Part shown: positions 31,407-41,700 of the stretch, in pieces | Layout: each line of letters begins with the position of its first letter | Numbering within the stretch: the stretch's first letter is position 1 | Assembly: GCA_040830765.1 (NCBI GenBank) | Contig: JBFOMH010000017.1 | Coordinates: 128,001 to 192,000, forward strand | DNA: 64,000 nt | DNA from: Puniceicoccaceae bacterium | Lineage (GTDB): Bacteria; Verrucomicrobiota; Verrucomicrobiia; Opitutales; Oceanipulchritudinaceae | Reading direction: 5' to 3' | Notes under the pieces: model-generated | Database searches by the model: none | What the model was told of the DNA's origin: nothing | Seen by the model: the letters and a program-made list of their open reading frames with translations, nothing else | Translations under genes and position numbers: made by a program

Positions 31407-32351
31407 ATGAGGCCACCGTTACCAGAATCCGGCGATAGTGGACCCTGCCTTTCCGTCGACCTTGGCGGTTCGAAGCTGCTGCTGGGGCTGGTTCAAGCCG
31501 ATGGGTCGATTCAGGCTGTTCAACGGGTGGAACCGGCACCTGAACAAGGGGAGAAGCTCCTCGAGATCATTTCTGGATACGTTGATTCGCTTTCACCAGA
31601 CAAGCGGGATTTGCCAAAGCGCTGTGGGGTTGCTGTCCCGGGATTGACGGATTCGGCCGGCGGCCTGTGGCGGCATTCAAGTTATTCCGGTGTGGAGGAT
31701 TGGCCCATCCGGGATGAGCTGGAGGAGCGGCTGGGGATGCCTGTTTTCATAGCCAATGATGTGGATGCTTGCGCTGTCGGGGAGCGGCTCTGGGGTGGGG
31801 CTGCGCATGAACCAAATTACCTCTGGATCACTCTTAGCAATGGAGTGGGCGGTGCCATTGTGCTGGATGGCCACCTGTACCGCGGTCCCGGATTTGCGGC
31901 CGGGGAAGTCGGGCACATGAAAGCAGTACGGGACGGGATTCCCTGTGAGTGTGGCGGTCGTGGTTGCCTCGAACAATATGCTTCCGGTCGGGCCATTAGC
32001 CGTCATTACGAAAAACGGGTCGGTGATTCCCTTTCCGCCGCCGCCATTGCCGAGCGTGCCCGGGAAGGCGACCAGCAGGCCAAGGCGGCCTTTTCCACAG
32101 CGGCGACGCACCTTGGCGATGTCTTGGCTGACGCCATTATGCTCCTCAATATCCCGTGTGTCTTCCTTGGCGGTGGGGTGGCCCAGGCCTTCGACCTGAT
32201 GGAGAAGCCTCTGCAGGATGCCTTGGAGAGAAATCTGTATCCAGAAGCCAATACACTTCCACGAATCCAGGTCACCCGCCTTGGTTATGAAGCAGCCCTC
32301 CTGGGAGCGGCTGCCGTGGCCCATCCTGATGCCCGGGAATCCATTTTATGA
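31407..32351 (+). CDS. ROK-family sugar kinase
   Basis: VDLGGSK, ANDVDAC, GEVGHM, CECGGRGCLE zinc motif; no N-terminal HTH. Confidence 0.9.
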   Translation: MRPPLPESGDSGPCLSVDLGGSKLLLGLVQADGSIQAVQRVEPAPEQGEKLLEIISGYVDSLSPDKRDLPKRCGVAVPGLTDSAGGLWRHSSYSGVEDWPIRDELEERLGMPVFIANDVDACAVGERLWGGAAHEPNYLWITLSNGVGGAIVLDGHLYRGPGFAAGEVGHMKAVRDGIPCECGGRGCLEQYASGRAISRHYEKRVGDSLSAAAIAERAREGDQQAKAAFSTAATHLGDVLADAIMLLNIPCVFLGGGVAQAFDLMEKPLQDALERNLYPEANTLPRIQVTRLGYEAALLGAAAVAHPDARESIL

Positions 32352-32911
32352 AATCCTTCCTTACAGACTATCTTGCTGGCCTTAATGCTGCCGCGGAGGC
32401 CATTCCCACCCATGTCCTTGAAGACATAACCGGTATCCTGAAAGCTGCCCACCAGGCCAAGGCCCGCATATTTGTCATTGGTAATGGCGGTAGCGCAGCC
32501 ACCGCCAGCCACTTTGCCTGCGACTTGGGCAAGAATGCTGTCGAGCCGGGTAAGCCACGCTTCAAGATTATCGCCCTGACGGACTCAACCCCGGCCATTA
32601 CCGCCTACGGCAACGATAATGGCTATGCTTCCGTCTTCCGGGAACAGCTGGTCAACCTGATGGAGCCGGGGGATGTGGTCTTCGCCATCTCGGCCAGCGG
32701 CAATTCACCCAATGTTATCGAGGCCATCGACTATGCGCGCGAGAATGGGGCCACCGTCATTGGCTTGGCTGGATTTGATGGCGGGCAGCTGGCCCGGAAA
32801 GCGCATCATGCCATCACCATACCGGCTGCGACCTATGAGCAGATTGAGGACCTACAGATGGTCCTGACCCATGTCATCGTATCCTGGTTCAAGGCCAACC
32901 CGCCGGCCTGA
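32348..32911 (+). CDS. SIS-domain phosphosugar isomerase (GmhA-like)
   Basis: GNGGSAATASHFACDL, TAYGND.GY, SASGNSPNV; overlaps the ROK stop (ATGA). Confidence 0.85.
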   Translation: MKSFLTDYLAGLNAAAEAIPTHVLEDITGILKAAHQAKARIFVIGNGGSAATASHFACDLGKNAVEPGKPRFKIIALTDSTPAITAYGNDNGYASVFREQLVNLMEPGDVVFAISASGNSPNVIEAIDYARENGATVIGLAGFDGGQLARKAHHAITIPAATYEQIEDLQMVLTHVIVSWFKANPPA

Positions 32912-32945
32912 GCTGTATTGAATGAATTGAACCACCATTCCTGCC

Positions 32946-34382
32946 ATGTCCCAACGCCCGAACATTCTCTTTCTCATGTCCGACCAGCACAGCCCGCACG
33001 TCCTCGGTTGTGCCGGCAATCCTGTCATCCATACGCCGTCGCTGGACCGGCTCGCCGCGGAGGGAATGTTCTTTGAACAGACCTACTGCCAGAATCCGCT
33101 CTGTGCGCCCAGTCGGGCCTCCGTCCTAACCGGGCGCTATTCCAAGGACATTGGCATCTACGACAACATGCACGTGCTGGAGTCCAATTCCCTGACCTTC
33201 CCGCGGGTATTGAGCAAGGCAGGTTACCGGACCTGCCTCATCGGGAAGTCCCATCTCAACGGGGAGCAGTTCCAGGGTTACCAGGAACGTCCCTATGGGG
33301 ATCTATACGGACAAGCCCACCAACCGGACCCGCGCCGCTTGCCGGAGTTCGGTATCAACGGGTTGGGGGATGTCGTCGGCAACCACGGGGCATCGGAAAT
33401 TCCCGATCCCCTGACCCAGACGGAAATCTGCGTCGCCGAGGCCTGCAAGTGGATGCAGCTGCACACCGCCCAGCATTCGGAGCAGCCATTTTTGCTTTCT
33501 GTTCATTTCGACAAGCCACACTTTCCCATTCGCCCGCCGAAGCGCTTCCAGGAGAAGTACGAGGGCAAGGTATCACTGCCCGAGACACCCGACGGCTACA
33601 TCGATGGGGCTGTCCCCTTCATCCGCGAGGCCATTGCCAATAACGAGACGGGCCACCACTACGGGAAGGACTTCGACCTCCAACTGGGGGCACTGGAGTC
33701 ATACTACGGTTGCGTGGAATGGGTGGATGATGCCGTCGGCCGGATTGTCGAGGTCCTCGACTACCTCGGCCTGAAGGAGAATACCCTTGTCATCTACACC
33801 TCCGACCACGGGGAAATGGGGGGTGAGAAGGGGACCTGGCAAAAGACCCTCTTTTTCGACGCCTCCGCCCGTGTCCCCTTCATCATGCGGTGGCCCGAAA
33901 GGATTAAGCCGGGAAGTCGCTCCGGGGAGATTGCCGGCCTGATCGACTGCTTCCCGACCATTTGCGAAGCAGCCGGTATTGATATTCCCGATACATGTGG
34001 AGGCGTCAGCCTGTTTCCGGCGATGGATGGCGGGGAACTGGATCGTGAAGGCATATTCAGCGAGAGCGCCGTTCTGCGAAAGACCGAGGTGGCCGGCTGC
34101 ATGTACCGGACTGGACCGTGGAAGTATTGTTGGTATCTCGATGAAAGTGAGGAACTCTACAACCTCGAGGAGGACCCGGAAGAGTGGGCCAACCGGGCGG
34201 CTGATCCCGAATGTCAAGATGTCGTGGAAAAGCTGCGACAAAAGGCCATCGCCTTCTGGGAGCCGGACAACTACCTCGAACGCCTTCGCCGGACGCCCAT
34301 CATGTCCGGCGAGAAGCACTTCTACGAGTTTTCCAACCAGTTTGTCACCGGCACCGGAGCCATTATCGACGGCCGGCCCTGA
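32946..34382 (+). CDS. Formylglycine-dependent (S1) sulfatase, cytoplasmic
   Basis: PNILFLMSDQH, CAPSRASVLTGRY, GKSH, YTSDHGE, ELYNL..DP.E; no signal peptide. Confidence 0.93.
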   Translation: MSQRPNILFLMSDQHSPHVLGCAGNPVIHTPSLDRLAAEGMFFEQTYCQNPLCAPSRASVLTGRYSKDIGIYDNMHVLESNSLTFPRVLSKAGYRTCLIGKSHLNGEQFQGYQERPYGDLYGQAHQPDPRRLPEFGINGLGDVVGNHGASEIPDPLTQTEICVAEACKWMQLHTAQHSEQPFLLSVHFDKPHFPIRPPKRFQEKYEGKVSLPETPDGYIDGAVPFIREAIANNETGHHYGKDFDLQLGALESYYGCVEWVDDAVGRIVEVLDYLGLKENTLVIYTSDHGEMGGEKGTWQKTLFFDASARVPFIMRWPERIKPGSRSGEIAGLIDCFPTICEAAGIDIPDTCGGVSLFPAMDGGELDREGIFSESAVLRKTEVAGCMYRTGPWKYCWYLDESEELYNLEEDPEEWANRAADPECQDVVEKLRQKAIAFWEPDNYLERLRRTPIMSGEKHFYEFSNQFVTGTGAIIDGRP

Positions 34383-34397
34383 GCGATTTGCACGCTT

Positions 34398-36287
34398 CTA
34401 CAGCTTGCCGACCCCGGCCCCTGCTGTGACAATCGCGGGCACATCCTCGACCGGGTCCAGCGTGTACTGGTAATCCCCGTCAAACTCGATGTCGATCGTC
34501 GAGGTGGTCGGCTTGTTGTTGTCAACATTGACAAAGATGTTGTTGTTCACCTCGTAGCCGCCTGCTGGATTTGAGCTGTCAAACCAGTAGCCGATGGCCC
34601 CGTCAACATTGTTGAAGTAGTTGTTTTCAATGAGCATCTTGGCATTGGTGCGTACATTAATGGCGGAACTGATGTTCTCGAAGTAATTGTTGTAGACATG
34701 CGCGTAACCGCCACGGTAAAGCGGGTGACGCGAACCTCCGTCATGAAACCAGTTGTGGTGGAAGATCACCTTCCGGTCGGGAAGGGCATCAAGTCCATCA
34801 TTACTTCCGACAAGGATAGTCTTGTGGGTGTCATAGATCTCGTTCCATGAGACAATGACGTACATGGCATCGTTCTTGATGCTCAGTAACTCGTCGAACT
34901 TGTCCTTGTCCGGGTTGATATTGAAGGGCTCGTTGTAGAGCGTGCAGTGGTCAATTTTGACGTAGCGACCGTTGTTGACCTGGATGGCATCCCGGGCCAG
35001 CACGTAGCGGACGGTCAGGTTCTGGATGATGACGTTTTCGCCCTGGACGGCCAGGCCGACACCATCCAAAAGGCCATTTGTACCGACTCCAATGATGGAA
35101 ATGTCCCGCATACCTGAGCTGATACTGGCTTCGCGGCCGTTTTGACCAGCGGCAACCCAGTCGTCGTAGGATATGGTTCCGTCAACATAAATAATGGAAG
35201 GTTCCCCGGCAGTGCGTACCGCGGCCAAAGCGGTTACAAATTCCTCTGCATTGGTGACCGTGTGTGTATTTTCTGCTGTTGCACCCTCCCCACCGGTTAT
35301 GAGGGCCTCCATGGTGTCGAATCCCCGCACCTTTGAATCCATGTAGAGGTAGATGTCCTTGATGGTTACTTCACCCTGCCATGGCAATGTGATTTCAATA
35401 TAAGCGTCATCCTCCTGGTTGGTCAGGTAGGGTTCAAGCAGCATGTCCTGCTCCAGCACCCCGGAGGGCAGTCGAGTGTAGGCCGCTACATCGGTATCGC
35501 CGCGCTTCACGCGGACGTAGAAGCCGTTCGTGGTCGACGTCAAGTCGACATCGGCGTGCACGACTACACCACCATATCCACTGATATTCCGGAGGGCGTT
35601 GAAGTCCATATAGCCGGTGCCCTTGTACTGCCCGAAACGGATGTAGCGGTTGGCTGACCCACCCGGAAAGGTCAGGGTGTTTTTAAAGGTGATCCCGTCG
35701 GGTCCATGGGTCATCTGGATGTTATTGTCCACATCCATGAATTGGGCAATATAGTCGGTTCCAAGGTGCAGCGCGCTGGCATACTTTTCCCCAATTGATT
35801 CAGCTTCATGATTGGCGGCAAATTCGGCACTCAGGACAATGGCCTCCGGTGCCAAGGGGAGGGCACTGCCGGTGTTGGCCAGATAGACCCAGCCGCTGCC
35901 GGCGGCAATCTGGCTCTCGGTTACGTAGACAAATCCCTCTGAGGTGGAAAACCAGTACCAGCCGATCTCCGGAGTGGCTACCGGTATCAGGTTGAAGGCT
36001 GCCAGGTCTACCGCATACGCCCAGCCGCCTTGGTTCTTTACCTGGGAGGCTGGCATGTAGAGGTATTGGCCGACCATGGGCGTGTAGACCCAGTCGTTTC
36101 GTCCGTCGCTTCCACACCAAATCCAGCCCAGAAATCCTGTTTCCGTATAAACCCAACCGGAATCCGCCATGATGGGCCCATCCCAGCGAACGTCCTGTGC
36201 CTCCAGGGATGGTGAGGTCACTCCGGTAACGAGCAGCGCCAGTGCGAATGAAATTTTTATGAAATTGGTGTAATTGGGGGTGTGCAT
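34398..36287 (-). CDS. Secreted pectate lyase (PL1) with N-terminal Trp/Tyr-rich repeats
   Basis: Signal peptide; ITGGEG, NVIIQNL, KIDHC, FHHNWF, RHPLYR, HVYNNY. Confidence 0.87.
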   Translation of the reverse strand: MHTPNYTNFIKISFALALLVTGVTSPSLEAQDVRWDGPIMADSGWVYTETGFLGWIWCGSDGRNDWVYTPMVGQYLYMPASQVKNQGGWAYAVDLAAFNLIPVATPEIGWYWFSTSEGFVYVTESQIAAGSGWVYLANTGSALPLAPEAIVLSAEFAANHEAESIGEKYASALHLGTDYIAQFMDVDNNIQMTHGPDGITFKNTLTFPGGSANRYIRFGQYKGTGYMDFNALRNISGYGGVVVHADVDLTSTTNGFYVRVKRGDTDVAAYTRLPSGVLEQDMLLEPYLTNQEDDAYIEITLPWQGEVTIKDIYLYMDSKVRGFDTMEALITGGEGATAENTHTVTNAEEFVTALAAVRTAGEPSIIYVDGTISYDDWVAAGQNGREASISSGMRDISIIGVGTNGLLDGVGLAVQGENVIIQNLTVRYVLARDAIQVNNGRYVKIDHCTLYNEPFNINPDKDKFDELLSIKNDAMYVIVSWNEIYDTHKTILVGSNDGLDALPDRKVIFHHNWFHDGGSRHPLYRGGYAHVYNNYFENISSAINVRTNAKMLIENNYFNNVDGAIGYWFDSSNPAGGYEVNNNIFVNVDNNKPTTSTIDIEFDGDYQYTLDPVEDVPAIVTAGAGVGKL

Positions 36288-36786
36288 CCTTTGAATTCCT
36301 TGATTGTGGGAGACAGCAAATTATTCGAATTTGTTCCAACACTTGCGCGACCTTCGAGCAAATTCATTTTCATGAAAGAAGGTGAAATAAGCTGACGAGG
36401 TTTTCTGCCCAGGTTTGCCGACTGAGGGAAAGGGATAGGAGCTTTGTTCTCCCTGGCCTATTTCTGGTCCTTCCGGGTGGCAGGCGGGACTGCATTGAAA
36501 TATTCACTGGGCCCCTGCGGCGCGCTTATATGAGGAAACGTGTGCGATGATTTCACTACAGGTAGCCGGATTTACTGACTCTTGGATTCCATTGGAGCTC
36601 TTTAAAGCGGATCGATAACCTTCGAGATGAGAAAATATAAGGGCTGAGGCTCTAAAAAGCAGGTTGACTCCGGGGCTGTAATATTTATGCAAGTACTTAC
36701 GTGGAAGTAATTTCACTATTCCTTGAATCCGACCGCTTACGCTCGGCGTTAGCGGTGCTATCACGTTGCAAAAATTGGAGTCTTCA

Positions 36787-38691
36787 ATGAGAAAGAACCT
36801 GTCCCGCACACCTCGTAAACATAAACTCCCAATTTGGGCCGGCTTCCTCGCCTTGGCGATTCCGGCCTTTTTTGTTGCCCCGATAAATCTGTCGGCTGCT
36901 GATATGGCCGACCGAAGCCAGTCTTCGATGGTGGGTGAGACCTACCGCGTCGATGGTATTCTCTTTGTCTTCCAGAGGGAGCATCCTGAGAACCCCTCAG
37001 CGGGTAAACTCGCCGGCGTCCCAATCGAGCTGAGCAAGTCAGCCTCCGGTTATGCCGCTCCCCGAGGCGATGACTCAGATGTCCAAACCAGCGTGGCAAA
37101 TATTGGTGACTCAGCCGGGAGTCGACTCACCGGGGGTGCCATCCAGCATATCGCGACCTCGGTATTGACCTACTTGAACGAGTCGGGCTTGGCAGGTGTC
37201 TGGGTCGGGGCCCACCCGGGGGACATTGATCCGCAAACAGGTGAAGACCTTCGTCCGGGGAAGTCCGGAAACCTGCGCCTTCTGGTGCAAACGGCAGTCA
37301 TCGGCAAGGTGCGGACGCTTGCCCGGGGTGAGCGGGTGCCAACAGGCGACTCCGTGAACAATCCCGCTTACGATTGGATGCTGGAAGGTTCACCGGTCAA
37401 GCCGGGTGCCTCGTGGGCCGACTCCGCCCTTCTCAACAGGGATAAAATTGGCGACTACGCCCGCTGGCTCAGTCGCCATCCTGGCCGCCGGGTAGACATT
37501 GCAGTCTCTCCCATCCAAGACGAACCGGGAGCGGTGGCCCTCGATTATATTGTCCAGGAACAGAAGCCAGTTTCCGTATGGGCCCAGGCAACCAATACCG
37601 GGACTGAGCAAACCGCCGACTGGCGGGGCTCCTTCGGGCTGCAGAACAACCAGTTCACCGGCAACGACGACCAGATCGAGTTGTTCTATTCCTCAGCCGG
37701 GATGGACAGTACCCAGAATTTAAGCGCGCGTTATGAAGCGCCCCTGATGAATAACCGGAATGTTCGTGTGCGCATCAATGGTGGCTGGAACAAGTATACT
37801 GCCTCCGATGTTGGATTTGGTGAACTGGATTTCAAGGGCAAGGGATATAACATCGGACTCAGCGGCGTGCACAATATCCGCCAGCGTGGTTCCCTTTTTG
37901 TCGACCTCGTCTATGGTCTGTCGCTTGAGAACACCACCGTCGATAACCAGGTTGTCGGGCGCGAGGGTGAAGGTGAGTTCCTTTTCCCGATGATTGGGCT
38001 GGAATGGGAAAGGTACACCCGCTTTGGCAACACCATTGGCGGTGTCAGCCTGCGCCACAATGTCCTCGATATTGAGCAGGACGACCTTGATGCCCTTGGC
38101 CGCACCCTGGCCGAGGATAAGTTCACCATCCTCTCCTGGTACTTCTCCCATAACTTCTATGTGGACCGGATCCTCGACAAGGAGGCCACCAGCCTGGCTC
38201 ATGAGATTGCCATTTCCCTTGGCGGTCAAACCTCCTTCGGTTCACGGACGCCCCCGAACTACCAGAAAACGATCGGTGGTATGTACACGGTCCGCGGTTA
38301 TCCCGAGTCGGTCATAGCCGGCGACAATGTGGCCCACGGATCGATCGAGTACAAAATGCACATCCCGCAGTTAATGGGGGTTTCCCAGGACCCCGGTACC
38401 GGCCCCATATTCGGTGGGCCCTTCCGCTACCTCCCGCAGTATCCCTACGGGGTGACGGACTGGGACCTGGCCCTCAAGGGCTTTATCGATGTCGGTTATG
38501 CCGGAGCGGCTGACAAGCTCGACTTTGAATTTGACGAGACACTCGTCGGTGGCGGGATTGGCTTTGAGCTTCGCTACCGCCGCAATTTCTTTGTCTCCGT
38601 CGACTGGGGTGTCGCCATGAAGGACACCAAGTATCCGGCAGTAACCGACGGAAGTTCCCGGGTCAGCATTTCCGCGACCGTCATGTATTGA
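36787..38691 (+). CDS. Two-partner secretion outer-membrane transporter TpsB (ShlB/FhaC/HecB family)
   Basis: Signal peptide; POTRA-like region; N.G...T; conserved lid motif GGMYTVRGY; C-terminal beta-strand ending in Tyr; directly upstream of a TPS-domain gene. Confidence 0.92.
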   Translation: MRKNLSRTPRKHKLPIWAGFLALAIPAFFVAPINLSAADMADRSQSSMVGETYRVDGILFVFQREHPENPSAGKLAGVPIELSKSASGYAAPRGDDSDVQTSVANIGDSAGSRLTGGAIQHIATSVLTYLNESGLAGVWVGAHPGDIDPQTGEDLRPGKSGNLRLLVQTAVIGKVRTLARGERVPTGDSVNNPAYDWMLEGSPVKPGASWADSALLNRDKIGDYARWLSRHPGRRVDIAVSPIQDEPGAVALDYIVQEQKPVSVWAQATNTGTEQTADWRGSFGLQNNQFTGNDDQIELFYSSAGMDSTQNLSARYEAPLMNNRNVRVRINGGWNKYTASDVGFGELDFKGKGYNIGLSGVHNIRQRGSLFVDLVYGLSLENTTVDNQVVGREGEGEFLFPMIGLEWERYTRFGNTIGGVSLRHNVLDIEQDDLDALGRTLAEDKFTILSWYFSHNFYVDRILDKEATSLAHEIAISLGGQTSFGSRTPPNYQKTIGGMYTVRGYPESVIAGDNVAHGSIEYKMHIPQLMGVSQDPGTGPIFGGPFRYLPQYPYGVTDWDLALKGFIDVGYAGAADKLDFEFDETLVGGGIGFELRYRRNFFVSVDWGVAMKDTKYPAVTDGSSRVSISATVMY

Positions 38692-38771
38692 TTTATTGGC
38701 TACAGGAATCCTGTACTGTCCAAATGCAAACACTTTAAATTCATCCATCCCCACAAATAGGCGTATAAGTC

Positions 38772-41700
38772 ATGATACGAAATAAAAAGCACCTCATCCG
38801 CCCCATGCAATTCAGCAGCCTCTTCGAAGGCATCCTCCAGCGGTCCTGGCGAAGAAAGGGCCGTCAACTGACGAGCTTCATGGTTCCCATTTTTGTTGCC
38901 AGCGTTCAGGGGATAGCCGGTCCCGAGGGAGAACAAGTGGCCGCAGGGGACGTCCGCTTCAACCGGCCCGACACCGCCAGCACCCACATTTATCAGGACA
39001 GCATGCAGGCCATCGTCAACTGGCGCAGCTTCAACGTCCAGCTGGACGAGTCGGTCCAGTTCTTCCAACCCAACGAGATGGCCAGCATCCTCAACCGGGT
39101 GATGCAGAACGATCCTTCGCAGATTGCCGGAAGCCTGACCGCCAATGGGCGGGTGTTCATCGCCAATCCGGCCGGGGTGATCTTCGGGGCCAACGCGGTG
39201 ATAGACGTCGGCCAACTGGTGGCCGCTGCGGGGAACATTTCCGATGCCGACTTCCTCGGTGGAAATTACCGGTTTTCCGGGTTGCAGGGTGCAGTCGAGA
39301 ACTACGGCACCATCAACGCCAACACGGTGGCCCTGATTGGGCGGACCGTGGGTAACTATGGCCAGATCCTGGCACCCGCGGGAACCGTCATCATGGCGGC
39401 AGGGGATGAATTGTATCTGGTGGAAGACCAGGGATTCGGCCACTTGCGGGTGCAGGTTGCATCTGTGGACTTGGCGGATGACACGGAAGGTTCCAGTGGC
39501 GCGTATGGTGCAGGGGACGCCTATGCCCTGGCGGCGGGGAACTACGGTCTTATCGAAGCGGGTGATGTGTCCGTTGAGGCGGAACGGGTTATGCTTTCCT
39601 ACGGGTCCACAATTGATGCCGGTGGAGAAAGTGGAGGCAATATCTCGATTGACGCGGAAGCCATTCTGCATGAAGGCACACTTTCGGCTACTGGCAGTAG
39701 CGGCGCAGGCGGTACTGTTAATCTGGACGCTGGATTGGACTACACGGCCATTGGATCGGCAGTGGTTGACGTATCCGGTACCACCGGTGGGGACATAACC
39801 CTCACCACGTCGGGGAAAATCATTAGCTCAGGAACATACCTGGCACAAGGTACCGATGGGGCAGGGGGCCAGATTGATGTTGGCGGTCCTGGGTCGATTG
39901 GCCTTCTCAGTGCCACACTGGATGCATCCGGCACTGCCGGCGGAGGTGTGGTTCGTCTCGGTGGTCCTCTTCAGGGTGGACGTGACGGCAACGGCGATTT
40001 GCCGGTGGCAAGTTCAACAATCGTTTCACCGGGCAGCGAATTGCGGGCAGACGCCACGGGAGCCTCTGGCGACGGTGGTGAAGTCATCATCTGGAGTGAA
40101 GAGGCAACCGAGTTCTATGGTATTGCCAGCGCACGGCCGGGACTTGAGTCCGGGGCTGGCGGTTTTATCGAGCTTTCCTCTGCAGGTCAATTTGTCTTCA
40201 CCCAGGGTGAAAATCTGCAAACCGGTCGTGGCGATCGGTTGGGTGAGGTTTTGCTGGATCCCAAGAGTATCATCATCACGGACGCCAACGGGCTGGACTT
40301 GATCCGGACAATTACCGGCAACTCCCAGATTCTCCGTGAAGGAACCCTGGAGCTGGACAATGGAGACGAATTCGGGGAAGACGTGGCTTTCAATCAGGCG
40401 GGCAACCTCTTCATCGTGGGCGCTCCTGGAGATAGTGCCGATGGCATAAATCCAAACGGGGATGGGGTTGTCTACCTGTTCGGTATCGAGACGGATAACC
40501 TCGGGTTCGCCCCGATTCTCGAGAAAAGACTCGGGGACGGGACGACGCTGTCAGGCGGAGGCACCCTGGATATTTCCACGGCAGGCCGTTTCGGAAGTGC
40601 TGTTGCGGTGAATGAGACCGGGAACCTGCTCGCCGTCGGTGCCGAGGGGGACGACGGTGATGGTGCGGGAAATGCAACCGGGGCCGTCTACATGCTGTCC
40701 ATTGATGTGAACAATCCGAATGCAGATCCAGTCCTCGAAACCGTCCTTGATGACAATGATGTCACACTGGCCGCCGGAGACAAGTTCGGCAGCGCGGTGG
40801 CCTTCAACCAGGATGCCGATATCATGGGTGTCGGTGCTGAGGGTGACACAGGAGGGGCTGGATCGGTTTTCCTTTTCGACATCAGTACGTTCAACGCTCC
40901 AGTGATCGGACTTGGCGGAAACCCCGTGACCAGTTCGACCGGCGGCGCCGTTGCCTCCGGCGCAGCAACTTTCGGCAGTTCCGTATCCTTCAACGGGTCC
41001 GGTAATGTCATGGCCATCGGTGCAGAGGAATCCACCTTCAGTGGTGGCTCCAATCGCGGCGGTGTTTATATCTTCACCCTGGATCCCGACAATCTCAACG
41101 TCACCCCGACCTATCAGCAGAGATTCCAATACAGTGATTTTGGCGAGCCGGCGCTCGGTTCCTCAAACAACAACCTGCGTTTCGGCAGTGCGGTCGCTTT
41201 TAACTCTGACAACACCATTCTCGCGGTGGGTGCGCGCGGACAACCGGGTTCCGGCGGTGCGACCAACCAGGAGCCCCGGGTCTTCCTGCTCAGTCTGAGT
41301 GACGTTTCAACCCTGCCCACTTTCGGGCAGAGAATTGATTTCAATACAGTACCGCTCGGTGGTGGGCCACCCCTTGCCCTCGACTCGGAGGGGCAATTCG
41401 GTGCGGGTATCAGTCTCAGCGGTGACGGAACCGCTTTGTTGGTGGGTGCTCCGACGCAGGATGGCGGCGGCACCGACTTGGGTGAAGTCTTCCTTTTTGA
41501 AATCGATCCGAACAACCTGAGCCAGGCGCCTGACCTCGCCCAATTGCTCACGGACACCTCTCCAATCCGCATCTACGACCAGCTTGCGCTGGGCGGGGGC
41601 GACAGCTTTGGTAACTCTGTTGCTTTGAGCTCCGCAGGTGACGTTCTTGTTGTTGGCGCGCCCGGCAATGACACTGGCGGTGCCGACGCCGGCGCGGCCT

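Noticed and set aside
32348..32911. gmhA as part of an LPS heptose locus
   Set aside because: No hldE, gmhB or glycosyltransferase neighbours and the C-terminal motif diverges; symbol withheld
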